Origin: Cyanobacteria bacterium P01_A01_bin.123 | GTDB taxonomy: Bacteria > Cyanobacteriota > Cyanobacteriia > Phormidesmidales > Phormidesmidaceae | Direction of reading: 5' to 3' | DNA length: 64,000 nucleotides | Assembly: GCA_039815185.1 (NCBI GenBank) | Contig: JBCBZT010000016.1 | Span: 72,687 to 136,686 of the forward strand | Part shown: in pieces, positions 44,850 through 55,126 of the stretch | How the letters are laid out: the number at the start of each line of letters is the position of its first letter | Numbering within the stretch: the stretch's first letter is position 1 | Notes under the pieces: model-generated | Seen by the model: only the letters and a program-made list of their open reading frames with translations | The model's database searches: none | What the model was told of the DNA's origin: nothing | Made by a program: the position numbers and the translations under genes

Positions 44850-45061
44850 AGCGGACTCCTGCGGGGCAACACATTGAAGTCTAAGACTAGATCGAGAAGA
44901 AGTCGGGAAAGCACATCGCGGCCTGGACTCCGATAGCATGGATAGATAAACCGTCGGCCTAGACTTGTTCGCTGCTGCCGTACGCAACCCGCTAGCCCTC
45001 AGCGAAAGAGAGGTAACCATTAACCTCAAATTTGTTCACTGTTGTCTTTATTTACAGACAA

Positions 45062-46060
45062 ATGGGAAAGTCACTACCCCCCGGCCTTCTGATTAAAACG
45101 GGGAAATTTGTTTGGTCTACAATGTGGCATGTGATGATGTCGCAAATGGCTCCGCGGAATACATCTGGGGTCTATCTACGACCTGAGAGCAGTTTTCGTC
45201 AGTGGGTTAAGGCTGACAGTGACGGTGATTTCCCACCCGAGATGGGGCGCTACCAATTGGTGGTGGGGTTGGGTTGCCCGTGGGCTCACCGTACGTTGGT
45301 GACGCGGGTATTGAAAGGATTAGACGAGGCGATCGCAATTGTGCCCGTCTCGCCCTCTCCTGACCAAGGCATGTGGGTAATGGATCAGCCGTTTGAAGGA
45401 TGTAAAACCCTGCCTGATCTTTATCAAAAGGCTCAACCCGGTTATAGCGGTCGCTGTACCGTACCTGTGCTATGGGACAGCCAACGAAAAACCATTGTCA
45501 ACAATGAAAGTGCCGATATCATCGTTATGCTCAACGATGGGTTCAATGGGCTGGCCAAACACCGGGAATATAACCTGTACCCTAATGAACTTAAAGACAC
45601 TATTGATGACTGGAACGAAAAAATCTACGCCACGGTAAACAACGGCGTGTATCGCTGTGGTTTTGCCCAAACTCAAACAGCCTACGATAAAGCCTGCCAA
45701 GCGTTATTTTCTACCCTGGATGAAATTGACAATCTGCTCACGACTCAGCGCTATCTCTGCGGCGATTGCATTACCCTAGCCGACGTGCGTCTGTTTACCA
45801 CTTTGTTTCGATTTGATGTGGTTTACTACGGGTTGTTCAAGTGTAACCGCCGCCGTATTCAAGACTACGAGCAGCTTGGCCCCTACCTGCGTGACCTCTA
45901 CCAACTGCCAGGCGTGTCTGAGACATGCCATCTCGATGCTGTTAAACGCGACTATTACGGCAACTTATTTCCCCTAAACCCTGGCGGCATTATCCCTGCT
46001 GGGCCAGAGATTGACAGTTTAGTGCTCCCCCATAGGAGAGAACACATCGGCACCCAGTGA
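45062..46060 (+). CDS. Glutathionyl-hydroquinone reductase (YqjG/ECM4-type GST)
   Basis: CPWAHR, TVPVLWD, NNES, NNGVYRCGFA. Confidence 0.93.
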   Translation: MGKSLPPGLLIKTGKFVWSTMWHVMMSQMAPRNTSGVYLRPESSFRQWVKADSDGDFPPEMGRYQLVVGLGCPWAHRTLVTRVLKGLDEAIAIVPVSPSPDQGMWVMDQPFEGCKTLPDLYQKAQPGYSGRCTVPVLWDSQRKTIVNNESADIIVMLNDGFNGLAKHREYNLYPNELKDTIDDWNEKIYATVNNGVYRCGFAQTQTAYDKACQALFSTLDEIDNLLTTQRYLCGDCITLADVRLFTTLFRFDVVYYGLFKCNRRRIQDYEQLGPYLRDLYQLPGVSETCHLDAVKRDYYGNLFPLNPGGIIPAGPEIDSLVLPHRREHIGTQ

Positions 46061-46253
46061 GAATCTAGATTTGGCGAGGGGAACACTGGTCTATAGCAAC
46101 TATCGAAATACTTTTGCGAGCAAATTAATTCAACGATACTAGATGTCTGAAGCAAGGTGCCGTTGGCTCTATTGCTTTTCTGGCAGCGTAGTTTAGCGAT
46201 ACCCGGTGCTATTAAGCAATGGGACTAAAGCTAATACAATCAAGCTTGTTTCA

Positions 46254-47678
46254 ATGACTGTGGAAACATTCGTGCATTCTCCTACTGTCCAACCACACCA
46301 ACTCGATGCTAGCGATCAACCGCTGAGGATCGATTCTGTTTTACTGGAGTTGCCTCTCTATGACTTTCAGTTAGAGGCGACTTGCCTGGGCGAAACCCTT
46401 GCCGCTTATTTTGAGCAGTATCCGCACTTGCCTGGGGTTGTGCTGGTAAAGCAGGCAAAGTTTTTTGGCATGATCGCCCGCCACGAATTTCTAGAATATT
46501 TGCTGCGCCCCGAGGGACTCGATCTGTTTTTGCAGCGTTCTCTCCAAGTCTTGCACAGTTATGCTCGTCCCCAACCCCTGCTCTTATCTGGTGACACTCC
46601 GATTATTGCAGCGGCCCAGCAGTTTTTACGACGCGCCACGACTCATCAAAACAGCCCCATTGTGGTCGACGATAACGGGCAATTTCGGTTGCTCAATGTC
46701 CACGATTTGAATGTGGCCTACTGGCAAATTCGCGGCATTGAAACTCAGGTTCGCTATGAACGTTCCCAGGCGCAAATTCTACAAAGTCAAAAAATGGCGG
46801 CCTTGGGTCGGCTTGTCGATGGGGTAGCCCACGAAATTCTGGATCCGATTGGGTTTATTTGGGGCAATTTGGTTCATGTACAGCAATACAGTCAAGATTT
46901 GCTCGACCTCATTGAAGCCTACGAAACCACATTTTCTGAGCGTCCCCCAGCGCTCGAAACCCTACGACAAGATATTGAGCTCGACTATTTGCAACGCGAT
47001 TTGCCCCTCACGGTAGGCAGTATTCAAAACGGGGCAGCGCGGATCAAAAACCTAGCTGCGAGTCTGCAAAACTTTTGTCACATTGATGAGATTTATCCTA
47101 AACCTGCGGATGTGCACAGCCTACTCGACAGCATTTTGCTCCTGTTTAAGAGCCGTCTGACCACGAAAATTCAAGTTGTGTGCAACTACGGACATCTCCC
47201 CCCATTAGCCTGCTATGGCGGACAGCTGAGCCAGGTGTTTATGAATATTCTGTCTAACCTGATTGATACCCTGCTTGAGCAAACGATTCGCCGTGATCTA
47301 GCAACTGAATTTGATGGTGGACGTTCCCTCAGGGGAAACCCTGCTGAACTGCCTCAAATTATGATTACTACTGATATTCGGACGTTGCCTGAGGGAATCG
47401 GTCAACCATCCCAGGAAGATGATCGCTGGGTGTCAATTATCATTGCAGACAACGGCCCAGGGCTGTCGCCAAAGGTAGAACAGCAATTACAACAAGCTTT
47501 CTCTATTGAAACCCGCATGTTCAAAGAAACCAGTTTGGCAATGAGCTATCGCATTATTACGGCTAAACATGGAGGTAAGTTTTTGGTGCGATCGCGTGCC
47601 TTCTCAAACAACAACTTACCTGAGAGCGTCGGCACCGAGTTTCAAATTTTGCTGCCCTTAAACCAAAGCGAGCGCTGA
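46254..47678 (+). CDS. Sensor histidine kinase-like protein
   Basis: H-box AHEILDP, N-box QVFMNILSN, G1 DNGPG. G2 box is degenerate. Confidence 0.85.
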   Translation: MTVETFVHSPTVQPHQLDASDQPLRIDSVLLELPLYDFQLEATCLGETLAAYFEQYPHLPGVVLVKQAKFFGMIARHEFLEYLLRPEGLDLFLQRSLQVLHSYARPQPLLLSGDTPIIAAAQQFLRRATTHQNSPIVVDDNGQFRLLNVHDLNVAYWQIRGIETQVRYERSQAQILQSQKMAALGRLVDGVAHEILDPIGFIWGNLVHVQQYSQDLLDLIEAYETTFSERPPALETLRQDIELDYLQRDLPLTVGSIQNGAARIKNLAASLQNFCHIDEIYPKPADVHSLLDSILLLFKSRLTTKIQVVCNYGHLPPLACYGGQLSQVFMNILSNLIDTLLEQTIRRDLATEFDGGRSLRGNPAELPQIMITTDIRTLPEGIGQPSQEDDRWVSIIIADNGPGLSPKVEQQLQQAFSIETRMFKETSLAMSYRIITAKHGGKFLVRSRAFSNNNLPESVGTEFQILLPLNQSER

Positions 47679-49039
47679 GCCGTTAACCGCTCAAATCGCC
47701 AGGTCAACACCACTGCCGCAAACAGCAATCCCAGCGCCATCCCCCACCAATAACCGACCCCACCCAAGCCGAGCGGGCGGGCGAGCAAATAGCCAATTGC
47801 CAATCCCAAACACCAGTAAGACACAATCCCAATCAGCAAAGGAATCCGGGTATCTTTAAGGCCCCGTAGGGCACCCGCAGCGGTGACTTGAATGCCATCG
47901 ACGAGTTGAAATAGGGCAGCGATGCCTAAGAGAATTTTGGCCATCATCACCACAGCCTGGTTTTCAGGAGTATTCACATCTAGATAGAGCGAAACAATCA
48001 CATTTGGTGCGGCCCAAAACAAGATCGCCATGCCTCCCATAAACATGCCGCCTATGCCAATACAAATCAGCCCGGCCTGTCGCGCCGCTAACCTTTGACC
48101 TTGCCCCAACAGTTGCCCAACGCGAATTGTGGCTGCCATGGAAACGCCTAGGGGCACCATGAACGTAGTAGCCGCGGTTTGTAGCGCAATTTGGTGGGCT
48201 GCTAGTGTAACAGTGCCAAACTGACTGATCAAAAACGTGGCGACGGTAAACAATCCGCCTTCTACCGCACTCAGGGCACCAATGGGCAAGCCCACCCGCA
48301 ACAGTTCTCCCAACTCCTGTTGGGCAAAACTTGGGACTTGGCTCAGCAGGCGGTATGGCCTAAACTCAGGCCGTTGCAGAACGTAGCCGATGAGCATCAT
48401 TGCCATGCCCCCAAAGGACAGCACACTAGCCCACCCGATACCGCTTAATCCCATCGCTGGGAACCCAAACTTGCCCAGGGCTAAACTGTAGTTACCTATT
48501 AGGTTAATCAATGTTCCCAGAATTCCGATCACCATAATTGGGCGGGGGGAAGTGACCACAGCAACAAAGCTGCGGAGGGCTATAACCATCAACGCAGGTG
48601 GGTAACCCCACAGCACTGTGTTGAGATATTGACGGGTGAGGGCGCTCGTTTCTGGCGTTTGACCTAGCCAGGGCAACCACAGGTCAGCCTGCCATAGGAT
48701 GGCCATCATTAATAGACTCAACCCTGTCGCCACGATCAACCCTTGCTGAAAAAAACGCTGCATTCGGTGGGGCTGATTTGCGCCATAAGCTTCGGCCACT
48801 AAGGGGCTGATGGCTGAAATCAGGCCAGTGGAGAGCATTAGTAAAAACGTAAACGAGACCGCGCCTAGGCCACCAGCTGCGATCGCATCACGACCCAAAC
48901 GCCCCATCATCACCGTATCGATAAACCCCGTCGCGATGTGCGCAAGCTGGGCCGCAGCCAAAGGAGTAGCTAAGCCGAGACAAATCCGCAATTCTTGCCA
49001 GATTGAGATGGGTTTAACTGAACGAGATTGAAGCATCAT
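47642..49039 (-). CDS. MATE family efflux transporter (NorM-like)
   Basis: DTVMMGRLG, AAHQIA, FMVPLG, GALRGLKDT. Confidence 0.93.
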   Translation of the reverse strand: MMLQSRSVKPISIWQELRICLGLATPLAAAQLAHIATGFIDTVMMGRLGRDAIAAGGLGAVSFTFLLMLSTGLISAISPLVAEAYGANQPHRMQRFFQQGLIVATGLSLLMMAILWQADLWLPWLGQTPETSALTRQYLNTVLWGYPPALMVIALRSFVAVVTSPRPIMVIGILGTLINLIGNYSLALGKFGFPAMGLSGIGWASVLSFGGMAMMLIGYVLQRPEFRPYRLLSQVPSFAQQELGELLRVGLPIGALSAVEGGLFTVATFLISQFGTVTLAAHQIALQTAATTFMVPLGVSMAATIRVGQLLGQGQRLAARQAGLICIGIGGMFMGGMAILFWAAPNVIVSLYLDVNTPENQAVVMMAKILLGIAALFQLVDGIQVTAAGALRGLKDTRIPLLIGIVSYWCLGLAIGYLLARPLGLGGVGYWWGMALGLLFAAVVLTWRFERLTAQRSLWFKGSKI

Positions 49040-49062
49040 TTGGCAGCACCCGCGATCACACA

Positions 49063-49093
49063 AGAACTACAAACGTAGCATAAATGTAGTTCT
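49063..49093. promoter_or_regulatory. Putative operator: AGAACTACA-N13-TGTAGTTCT
   Basis: Perfect 9-bp inverted repeat about 24 nt upstream of the MATE start. Confidence 0.5.
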
Positions 49094-49383
49094 AAATCTT
49101 GCGGGGCCAGCGTTGTTTCAAGCAGCTCGGCAAGACCATCGCGGGTCGTTTTCTCAATGAAAGACTCCCTGAACACATCCTAATCAGCTACCCCTGTCAA
49201 TACGAACGCAGACCAGTTGCGCGGTTCGGGATGCTGTTCCATCGTGATTGCAAGAAAATACTGGCCCAACGGAATTTTTAAGACAGAGATGCCAGGGTTC
49301 TGGCCAAACTCCGTCAAAACGTTTTGGGTTACCTCAAGACCTTTGGCATCTGATTTGAGTGCAAGACGAGCAAGCCGAATCGT

Positions 49384-50454
49384 TTAACCCGAGTTCCCTG
49401 CCCAATAGTCTCGACTAATAAACGGCAAGTCCACAACTGTCGCTACCCCGTCGCCAATTTCCACCGTTAACCCATTACCGCCTGCTTTTGTGCGGATGTA
49501 GCCCAAGCCCCTCCAACCCGCTGGGGTTTCGATCAGGCTGGTCAGGACGCCAACTTTATTACCCTCAAAGGTAATGGGGCTGCCAGTGGGCGCATTCCCA
49601 TTGAGGTGGAGACCCCAGAGTTGCTGTTTTACGCCTTGATAGGTGTTGAGACGGGCAATGGTTTCTTGGCCGATGTAGCAACCCTTGTTGAAGGAAATCG
49701 CATCCCATAGCCCCGCTTCTAGGGGATTGTAGTCTTCGGTGAGTTCCTTCTCAGGCATCGGTCGCCCCTGCTCAATTCGCAGGCGTTCCCATACGGTTTC
49801 GCCTGTCGGCACGGCTCCAGCTGCGGTAATGTCTTGCCAAAGCTGTTCTCCGTGTTCCACAGGGGCAATCAGGGTATACCCTGGCGAGGCCAAACCGCTA
49901 CCTACGGCCAGCGTGAGTTCAACGTCCCCTAAGGAGACGGTTTGATGATGAGAAGGGGGCTTGCCCGCGATCGCGCTCCAACCTAGCTTTGCTAAACACG
50001 CATTCGCTGCTGGCCCAATCAGGCTAAAGGCTACAGTTTCAGCAGTTACATTGGCCAGTTTGACCTTATCTGCAAAAAAAATGTAGCGATCCATCCAGTC
50101 GATTAACTTCTGAACCTGACCGGGTGAAGTTAATAACAGCACACTGTCGGCTTTGACATAGGCGCTCACCAGGTCAACCGTTCGCGCAGTAGAGGTGACA
50201 AACACGGTGTCGCATCCTTCACCAGGCTGGCGGGACTGAAAATCATGGGTGGTTTGGTTGTGGAGAAATCGCAGGCGATCGCTGTCGCTGACCACAATCC
50301 GACCCCAATGGCTGCGATCGACCAGGGCAACAGTGCTTTGAACAGCTTGGTAGGCCTCAACGTCATTGCCAAAGCTGAGGGGAATAACGCGATCGTCAAT
50401 TGTGGCTAAGGTTGCCCCCTGGTTAATGTAAGACCCTTGAAGTGCCTGCGTCAT
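49384..50454 (-). CDS. ygfZ: Folate-binding protein YgfZ/GcvT family
   Basis: KGCYIGQE signature, RFLHNQTT. Confidence 0.92.
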   Translation of the reverse strand: MTQALQGSYINQGATLATIDDRVIPLSFGNDVEAYQAVQSTVALVDRSHWGRIVVSDSDRLRFLHNQTTHDFQSRQPGEGCDTVFVTSTARTVDLVSAYVKADSVLLLTSPGQVQKLIDWMDRYIFFADKVKLANVTAETVAFSLIGPAANACLAKLGWSAIAGKPPSHHQTVSLGDVELTLAVGSGLASPGYTLIAPVEHGEQLWQDITAAGAVPTGETVWERLRIEQGRPMPEKELTEDYNPLEAGLWDAISFNKGCYIGQETIARLNTYQGVKQQLWGLHLNGNAPTGSPITFEGNKVGVLTSLIETPAGWRGLGYIRTKAGGNGLTVEIGDGVATVVDLPFISRDYWAGNSG

Positions 50455-50749
50455 CGCCCTCATTGGTAAATACTGATTTGATCACTAATGGTGATTGTAA
50501 CTTGTGATAATTCCGCTCAGGATGATCAGCCTGCCCGTAACGGCTATCGCTGGTTAACGATCTTATCGAGTCAAAGAGAAAAGTTATAGAAAGTGACCTT
50601 GTCTAGTTAAACCGCGTTAGGGTTGAGTTGAGACTAAACGACATCCGGTGTGAAAACTTGGTTTTTGCCCAAGCAGAAGCGATCGGTCTGGATAGGGTCA
50701 AGATTTATTACTCAAACTCACGTCCAATTGTTCTTTTTGAAATCACTTA

Positions 50750-51637
50750 GTGGCGTCAATGAAACGGGCATATAGGGTTGGTTTGCTTTGGGTAGGTGCA
50801 ATGTTAGCGGGTCTAATGCTGTCGCTGGGACAGGGCGCGGCCCAGGTGCGGCGACCGCCTAACCCAGGGGCAAGAGATGTTACACCAGCACCACTTGAGC
50901 CCCCTATGGAGCAAAGTCCGCAGTTGATTAGCCCACAAACTGGCTCAGAAACCGACTGGCGCGCGCCTGCCAGTCAGCGCCCTATTGATGTGGTAGATCG
51001 AGTCCAAACAGATAGTGATTTTGATCAATTTCGCGATCGCTTGAGTCAGGCTATTCGCCGTCGCGATGTTGATTTTGTGATGTCGATTTTGCCATCGGAA
51101 GGAGTAGCCATGGGGTTCGGGGGCTTCATGCCCGTCTCTTCCCTCGACCTTAATAATCCTGAGAGCTGGTTTTGGCAGACCCTTGAGAAGATGATGCTGA
51201 TCGAAAGCTGTGAACTCGATAGCTATCCTGGCAGCATTCCTGATGCAGCAGTGTGGGTCTGCCCTAATGTGGCCAATACGTTTTATCGCCAGTATCCTTC
51301 TCCCGAGCAATTGGAAGAGACAGACTATGGTTTGCAGCAGGTGGTCGTAATGGGACGGGGGGTCAATGTGCGATCGCAACCTAATACCCAGACCTCGATC
51401 ATCGGGGTTCTCTCCAATGAAGTTGTTACCTTTGATCGGTTCACTTGGGATATGCTAAATCACTCAGACCAGCAAACCATGGCCGATCCGCTCAATGGAT
51501 GGACCCCTGTGATTTTGCCGGATCAAACCCGTGGTTTTGTCTACAATCGTTACGTCTATCAACCCCTGGATCCTCGGGGGTTATTCGAGCATAACAACGG
51601 TCGTTGGCAACTCTTTCGCATTTTGGCTGGCAGTTGA
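50750..51637 (+). CDS. Secreted hypothetical protein with SH3-like C-terminal region
   Basis: Signal peptide, VNVRSQPN...GVL, GW..V...RGFV. Confidence 0.7.
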   Translation: MASMKRAYRVGLLWVGAMLAGLMLSLGQGAAQVRRPPNPGARDVTPAPLEPPMEQSPQLISPQTGSETDWRAPASQRPIDVVDRVQTDSDFDQFRDRLSQAIRRRDVDFVMSILPSEGVAMGFGGFMPVSSLDLNNPESWFWQTLEKMMLIESCELDSYPGSIPDAAVWVCPNVANTFYRQYPSPEQLEETDYGLQQVVVMGRGVNVRSQPNTQTSIIGVLSNEVVTFDRFTWDMLNHSDQQTMADPLNGWTPVILPDQTRGFVYNRYVYQPLDPRGLFEHNNGRWQLFRILAGS

Positions 51638-51644
51638 AGGGGTT

Positions 51645-52337
51645 CTATCGTCGCTGCTGTTTCATCAGCCCTAATAACGGCCCTAAAATCAAGCCAAACA
51701 CAAAGCCACCCGCATGGGCCCAATAGGCGACGCCCCCAGACCCTACAGCCATGGGCGAGTTGAGGCTAGCAATACCGTAGAACGCCTGCTGTACGAACCA
51801 AAACCCCAGGAAGAACAGCGCTGGAATTCGCACGGTTGTGATAAAGAAAAAGAGGGGAATCAGCGTCAAAATTTGGGCCCTGGGAAAGCGCAAAATGTAG
51901 GCACCCATGATCCCTGCGATCGCGCCACTGGCTCCTAATGTTGGGATAGTTGAAGTGGGCTCAACAACCCATTGGCTTAACCCAGCTAATACCCCACACC
52001 CCAGGTAGAAAATCAAAAACCTGACCTTACCCAGTTGATCTTCAATGTTGTTGCCAAACACCCATAGGTAGAGCATGTTGCCCCCTACATGTAAAAATCC
52101 CCCGTGGAGAAACTGGGAACTAATCAACGTAAACCACTCCAGTAGGGGCAATGGGCCTTGTCCTGCAAAGCTGGCAGTGAGTTGACTAGGCACGATCGCC
52201 CAACGGTCAAAGAACAGCTCAAGCTGGCCCGATGGCAGGGTGATTTCATATAGAAAAATAAAGATGTTGAGCCCCAGCAGCCAGTAAGTGATGACTGGGG
52301 TTGAGCGGGTGGGGTTGTCATCGTTTAGGGGAACCAC
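51645..52337 (-). CDS. Rhomboid intramembrane serine protease
   Basis: FLHGGFLHVGGNM, GASGA, AHAGGF. Confidence 0.95.
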   Translation of the reverse strand: MVPLNDDNPTRSTPVITYWLLGLNIFIFLYEITLPSGQLELFFDRWAIVPSQLTASFAGQGPLPLLEWFTLISSQFLHGGFLHVGGNMLYLWVFGNNIEDQLGKVRFLIFYLGCGVLAGLSQWVVEPTSTIPTLGASGAIAGIMGAYILRFPRAQILTLIPLFFFITTVRIPALFFLGFWFVQQAFYGIASLNSPMAVGSGGVAYWAHAGGFVFGLILGPLLGLMKQQRR

Positions 52338-52404
52338 AAGCTATCGAGGCTGGGTTGAGCGTCAGGGAACCCAGCACATTGCTCCATTGTGCGTTGTCGT
52401 TGGA

Positions 52405-54960
52405 TTAACTGTCATGCTCGCTGAGAAATGTAGCTTTGAGCTGAGTTGTTGCCGTTTGGTAAAGGGCTTGTAGTGTTTGCCCATTGCTGGGATAGTCGAC
52501 CACGGTGTAAATGAATACGGGTTGAATCCGTTCTTCTGTAGGTAACGTGATGATTTGTCGTCGCAATCGTTGACACAGGGGTTCTAGATAATCTTGGGCC
52601 GCTGCTCGATCTAGGTCGGGTAAACCGACCACAAATTCACCATTTCCCCAGTATCCAATCACCGCTGTGCCCTGAGGGAGTGTCTGAAAACATTGGCCCC
52701 AGGTGTGCAATATCAGATTTCCAGCATCGTGCCCGTAGTGAAAATTGATCGGGTGTAAATCGGTCAGTTGCATCAGCGCCAGGGCCAGTGGTGTTTGCGT
52801 GGTTTTGGCCATTTCCAGCCGTTGATTGAGCTGCTGCTGGGAAGCATGGGTATTGGGTAAACCCGTTAGACGATCGCGGTGGGCATAGGTCTGCCACAAT
52901 CGATGACGTTCTAACCGATTTAAGAGTCGGGTGAGCAGTTCTGGCCCAACGATGGGTTTCGCAATGTAGTCGTCAGCCCCGGCCCGGTAGACTCGCTGCA
53001 CCGTGTCAACGTCTCGGTGGGCCGTGAGAAATAGGATGGGCAGGTTTTGCCAATCTGGATCGGTGCGCACCGCTTGGCACAGATCAATACCGCTAAATTG
53101 GGGCATCTCAACATCTAGGATTAACAAATCAGGGTGGGTAGTTTGGAGTACCTCCCAAAAACGCTGGGGATCCTCTAAGCCAGTGAGGGCTATACCCCAA
53201 GGTTCTAAAAGAGGGCGCAGGGCATTAATCACCAAGGGGTCGTCATCCACGACCAAAACCCGCGTGGCCAATCTGCGGCTATGCTGAAGTACCTGTTGAG
53301 CTGCTACAGCAAGCTGACTGGCGATTACGGGTTTTACCAGGATGCGTTGAATTCCCGTTTGAGCGATCGCGACCCGATCGCTCAAACTATCCAGACAGGT
53401 TAAGGCTAGCGTTGGGATAGGCAAGGTAGATGCAGCAAGATGCTGCAGGAGATCCAGGCTGTCCTGCAACTGTGAGGCTGAGGCAACGTCTACCACTACC
53501 AATTCCGGCTGCTGAGCTTGAATTTTGGCTCGGGCTTGGGCAATTGTGGTGATCTGAATCCAAGTCAAACTAGACGTAGCTGCGATCGCTTGTAGGGCAG
53601 ACAGCAGCGTTGAGTCATCGGAAACCAACATCAGGGTGCCAACAGAGGTTGAGTCCGATGGAGCTAAACCAGAGGGATGTTTGGAGGAAACGTGATCTTG
53701 CAAATTAGGCGTGACGGGCAAATCGAGTAAGGTCGCCAACTGATCGACTAAGTCAGGAATCTCGGTGATGCGATGGTCGAAGACCGTCACAGAAGTGCCA
53801 TCGCGATTATCGTTCGTTAAAACAGTCTCGATCTGACGAGCCACAGCAGTTCCCTGATCTCGTTCAAACATGCCTAAGACTCCAGCTAGCTTGTGCGCAG
53901 CCCTAGCCGCATCGGTTTGTAGCGTTGGGGAAAGGGTTTCTAGTTGAATCGCTGCCGCCGCCTGCTGCAGTAGGTCGAGCCGTGCCGCTATTGCGCCTTG
54001 ATATTTTTGCCAAAGGGTCTCTATGGATTGCTGAAATCGTTGTTCAAGTTCCGTGTCATCAGATGTTTTAGAAGCGAATGCCTGCGTCTCTTGGGGTGTC
54101 TTGGGAGATGAGGTCTGGGGTTCATCCGCCCAAGGTTTTACCGCAAATTTGGGGTTGGTTTCCGTCGGCAGCACAAATTGTTGAGAAGACAAGGGCGCGA
54201 TCACAGTTTGAGATTGAATAGCAGCCTCGGCGTCAGCGCTGGCCTCACCGTTGAGCACTTCTGCCCCGCTCGCTATCAGCTCAGTCTCAGTCGGCAGGCT
54301 AAAGCGATAACCAATGCCGTAGACATTAGCTATCCAGTCGGCAGCACCCACTTGTTTGAGTTTGCGCCGCAACCCTTTGATATGGGCTTTGACGCTGTCT
54401 TCTAAAGGGGGATCATCGAAACTCCAGAGATGATTGATGATGTGGGCGCGGCTAAATACCCGCTCTGGATTGCGTAAAAACAGTTCTAGCAAACTGTATT
54501 CCTTAGGGGTAAGTTTCAGTGGGCGATCGCCGTAGGTAACCTGACAACTCATTGGATCAAGCTGCAATAGTCCTGCCGTCAATATCGTTTCAGCAGCGAC
54601 TTCACCCCGACGTAACAAGGCGCGAACGCGGGCCAGAAATTCTGCTAAATTGAGCGGCTTCGTGAGGTGGTCATCAGCACCCGCGTCTAAGCCGCGAATG
54701 CGTTCATCTGGGGCATCCCTTGCAGTCATTAGCAGCACAGGGATAGTGCAGCCTTGGTTGCGCAGACGCTGACATAAGGTAATACCATCGAGTTCGGGTA
54801 AACCCACGTCGGTCACAATCAAGTCATAGCCAGAATCTTGGGCATATTCCCAACCCAACAGTCCAGTTTCAACAGCATCCACAAGATATCGCTGACTCGT
54901 CAGCGCATCCGTAAGCCGTGCCATCAAAATTTCGTCATCTTCAATTAGCAGGATGCGCAT
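52405..54960 (-). CDS. Multidomain response regulator: REC-wHTH-Hpt-REC-REC-degenerate GGDEF
   Basis: OmpR-type N-terminus (LTPKEY, VYGIGY), Hpt AHKLAG, two further receiver domains, YWGNGEF. Confidence 0.88.
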   Translation of the reverse strand: MRILLIEDDEILMARLTDALTSQRYLVDAVETGLLGWEYAQDSGYDLIVTDVGLPELDGITLCQRLRNQGCTIPVLLMTARDAPDERIRGLDAGADDHLTKPLNLAEFLARVRALLRRGEVAAETILTAGLLQLDPMSCQVTYGDRPLKLTPKEYSLLELFLRNPERVFSRAHIINHLWSFDDPPLEDSVKAHIKGLRRKLKQVGAADWIANVYGIGYRFSLPTETELIASGAEVLNGEASADAEAAIQSQTVIAPLSSQQFVLPTETNPKFAVKPWADEPQTSSPKTPQETQAFASKTSDDTELEQRFQQSIETLWQKYQGAIAARLDLLQQAAAAIQLETLSPTLQTDAARAAHKLAGVLGMFERDQGTAVARQIETVLTNDNRDGTSVTVFDHRITEIPDLVDQLATLLDLPVTPNLQDHVSSKHPSGLAPSDSTSVGTLMLVSDDSTLLSALQAIAATSSLTWIQITTIAQARAKIQAQQPELVVVDVASASQLQDSLDLLQHLAASTLPIPTLALTCLDSLSDRVAIAQTGIQRILVKPVIASQLAVAAQQVLQHSRRLATRVLVVDDDPLVINALRPLLEPWGIALTGLEDPQRFWEVLQTTHPDLLILDVEMPQFSGIDLCQAVRTDPDWQNLPILFLTAHRDVDTVQRVYRAGADDYIAKPIVGPELLTRLLNRLERHRLWQTYAHRDRLTGLPNTHASQQQLNQRLEMAKTTQTPLALALMQLTDLHPINFHYGHDAGNLILHTWGQCFQTLPQGTAVIGYWGNGEFVVGLPDLDRAAAQDYLEPLCQRLRRQIITLPTEERIQPVFIYTVVDYPSNGQTLQALYQTATTQLKATFLSEHDS

Positions 54961-55126
54961 CGTAGACCTGCCATGTACAGCCTCACTGTCAGCAACTTAC
55001 CCTATGTCGCAATCACTTTGGCTTTTCTTTCAAGTTTCTTTGAGGTTTATGGTGGAGACAAAGCGACAATTTTCAGTCATTTTAGGCTCACCAGGACAAA
55101 CGTAACCGTCTATTCCACTGAACCGG

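Noticed and set aside
44850..45030. Possible guanidine riboswitch upstream of the YdhR-like gene (ACGG-containing segments)
   Set aside because: Lacks the paired G-ACGR-C hairpins and other consensus features of the guanidine classes.
49099..49281. 60-aa ORF between MATE and ygfZ
   Set aside because: TTG start, no RBS and no recognisable motif.
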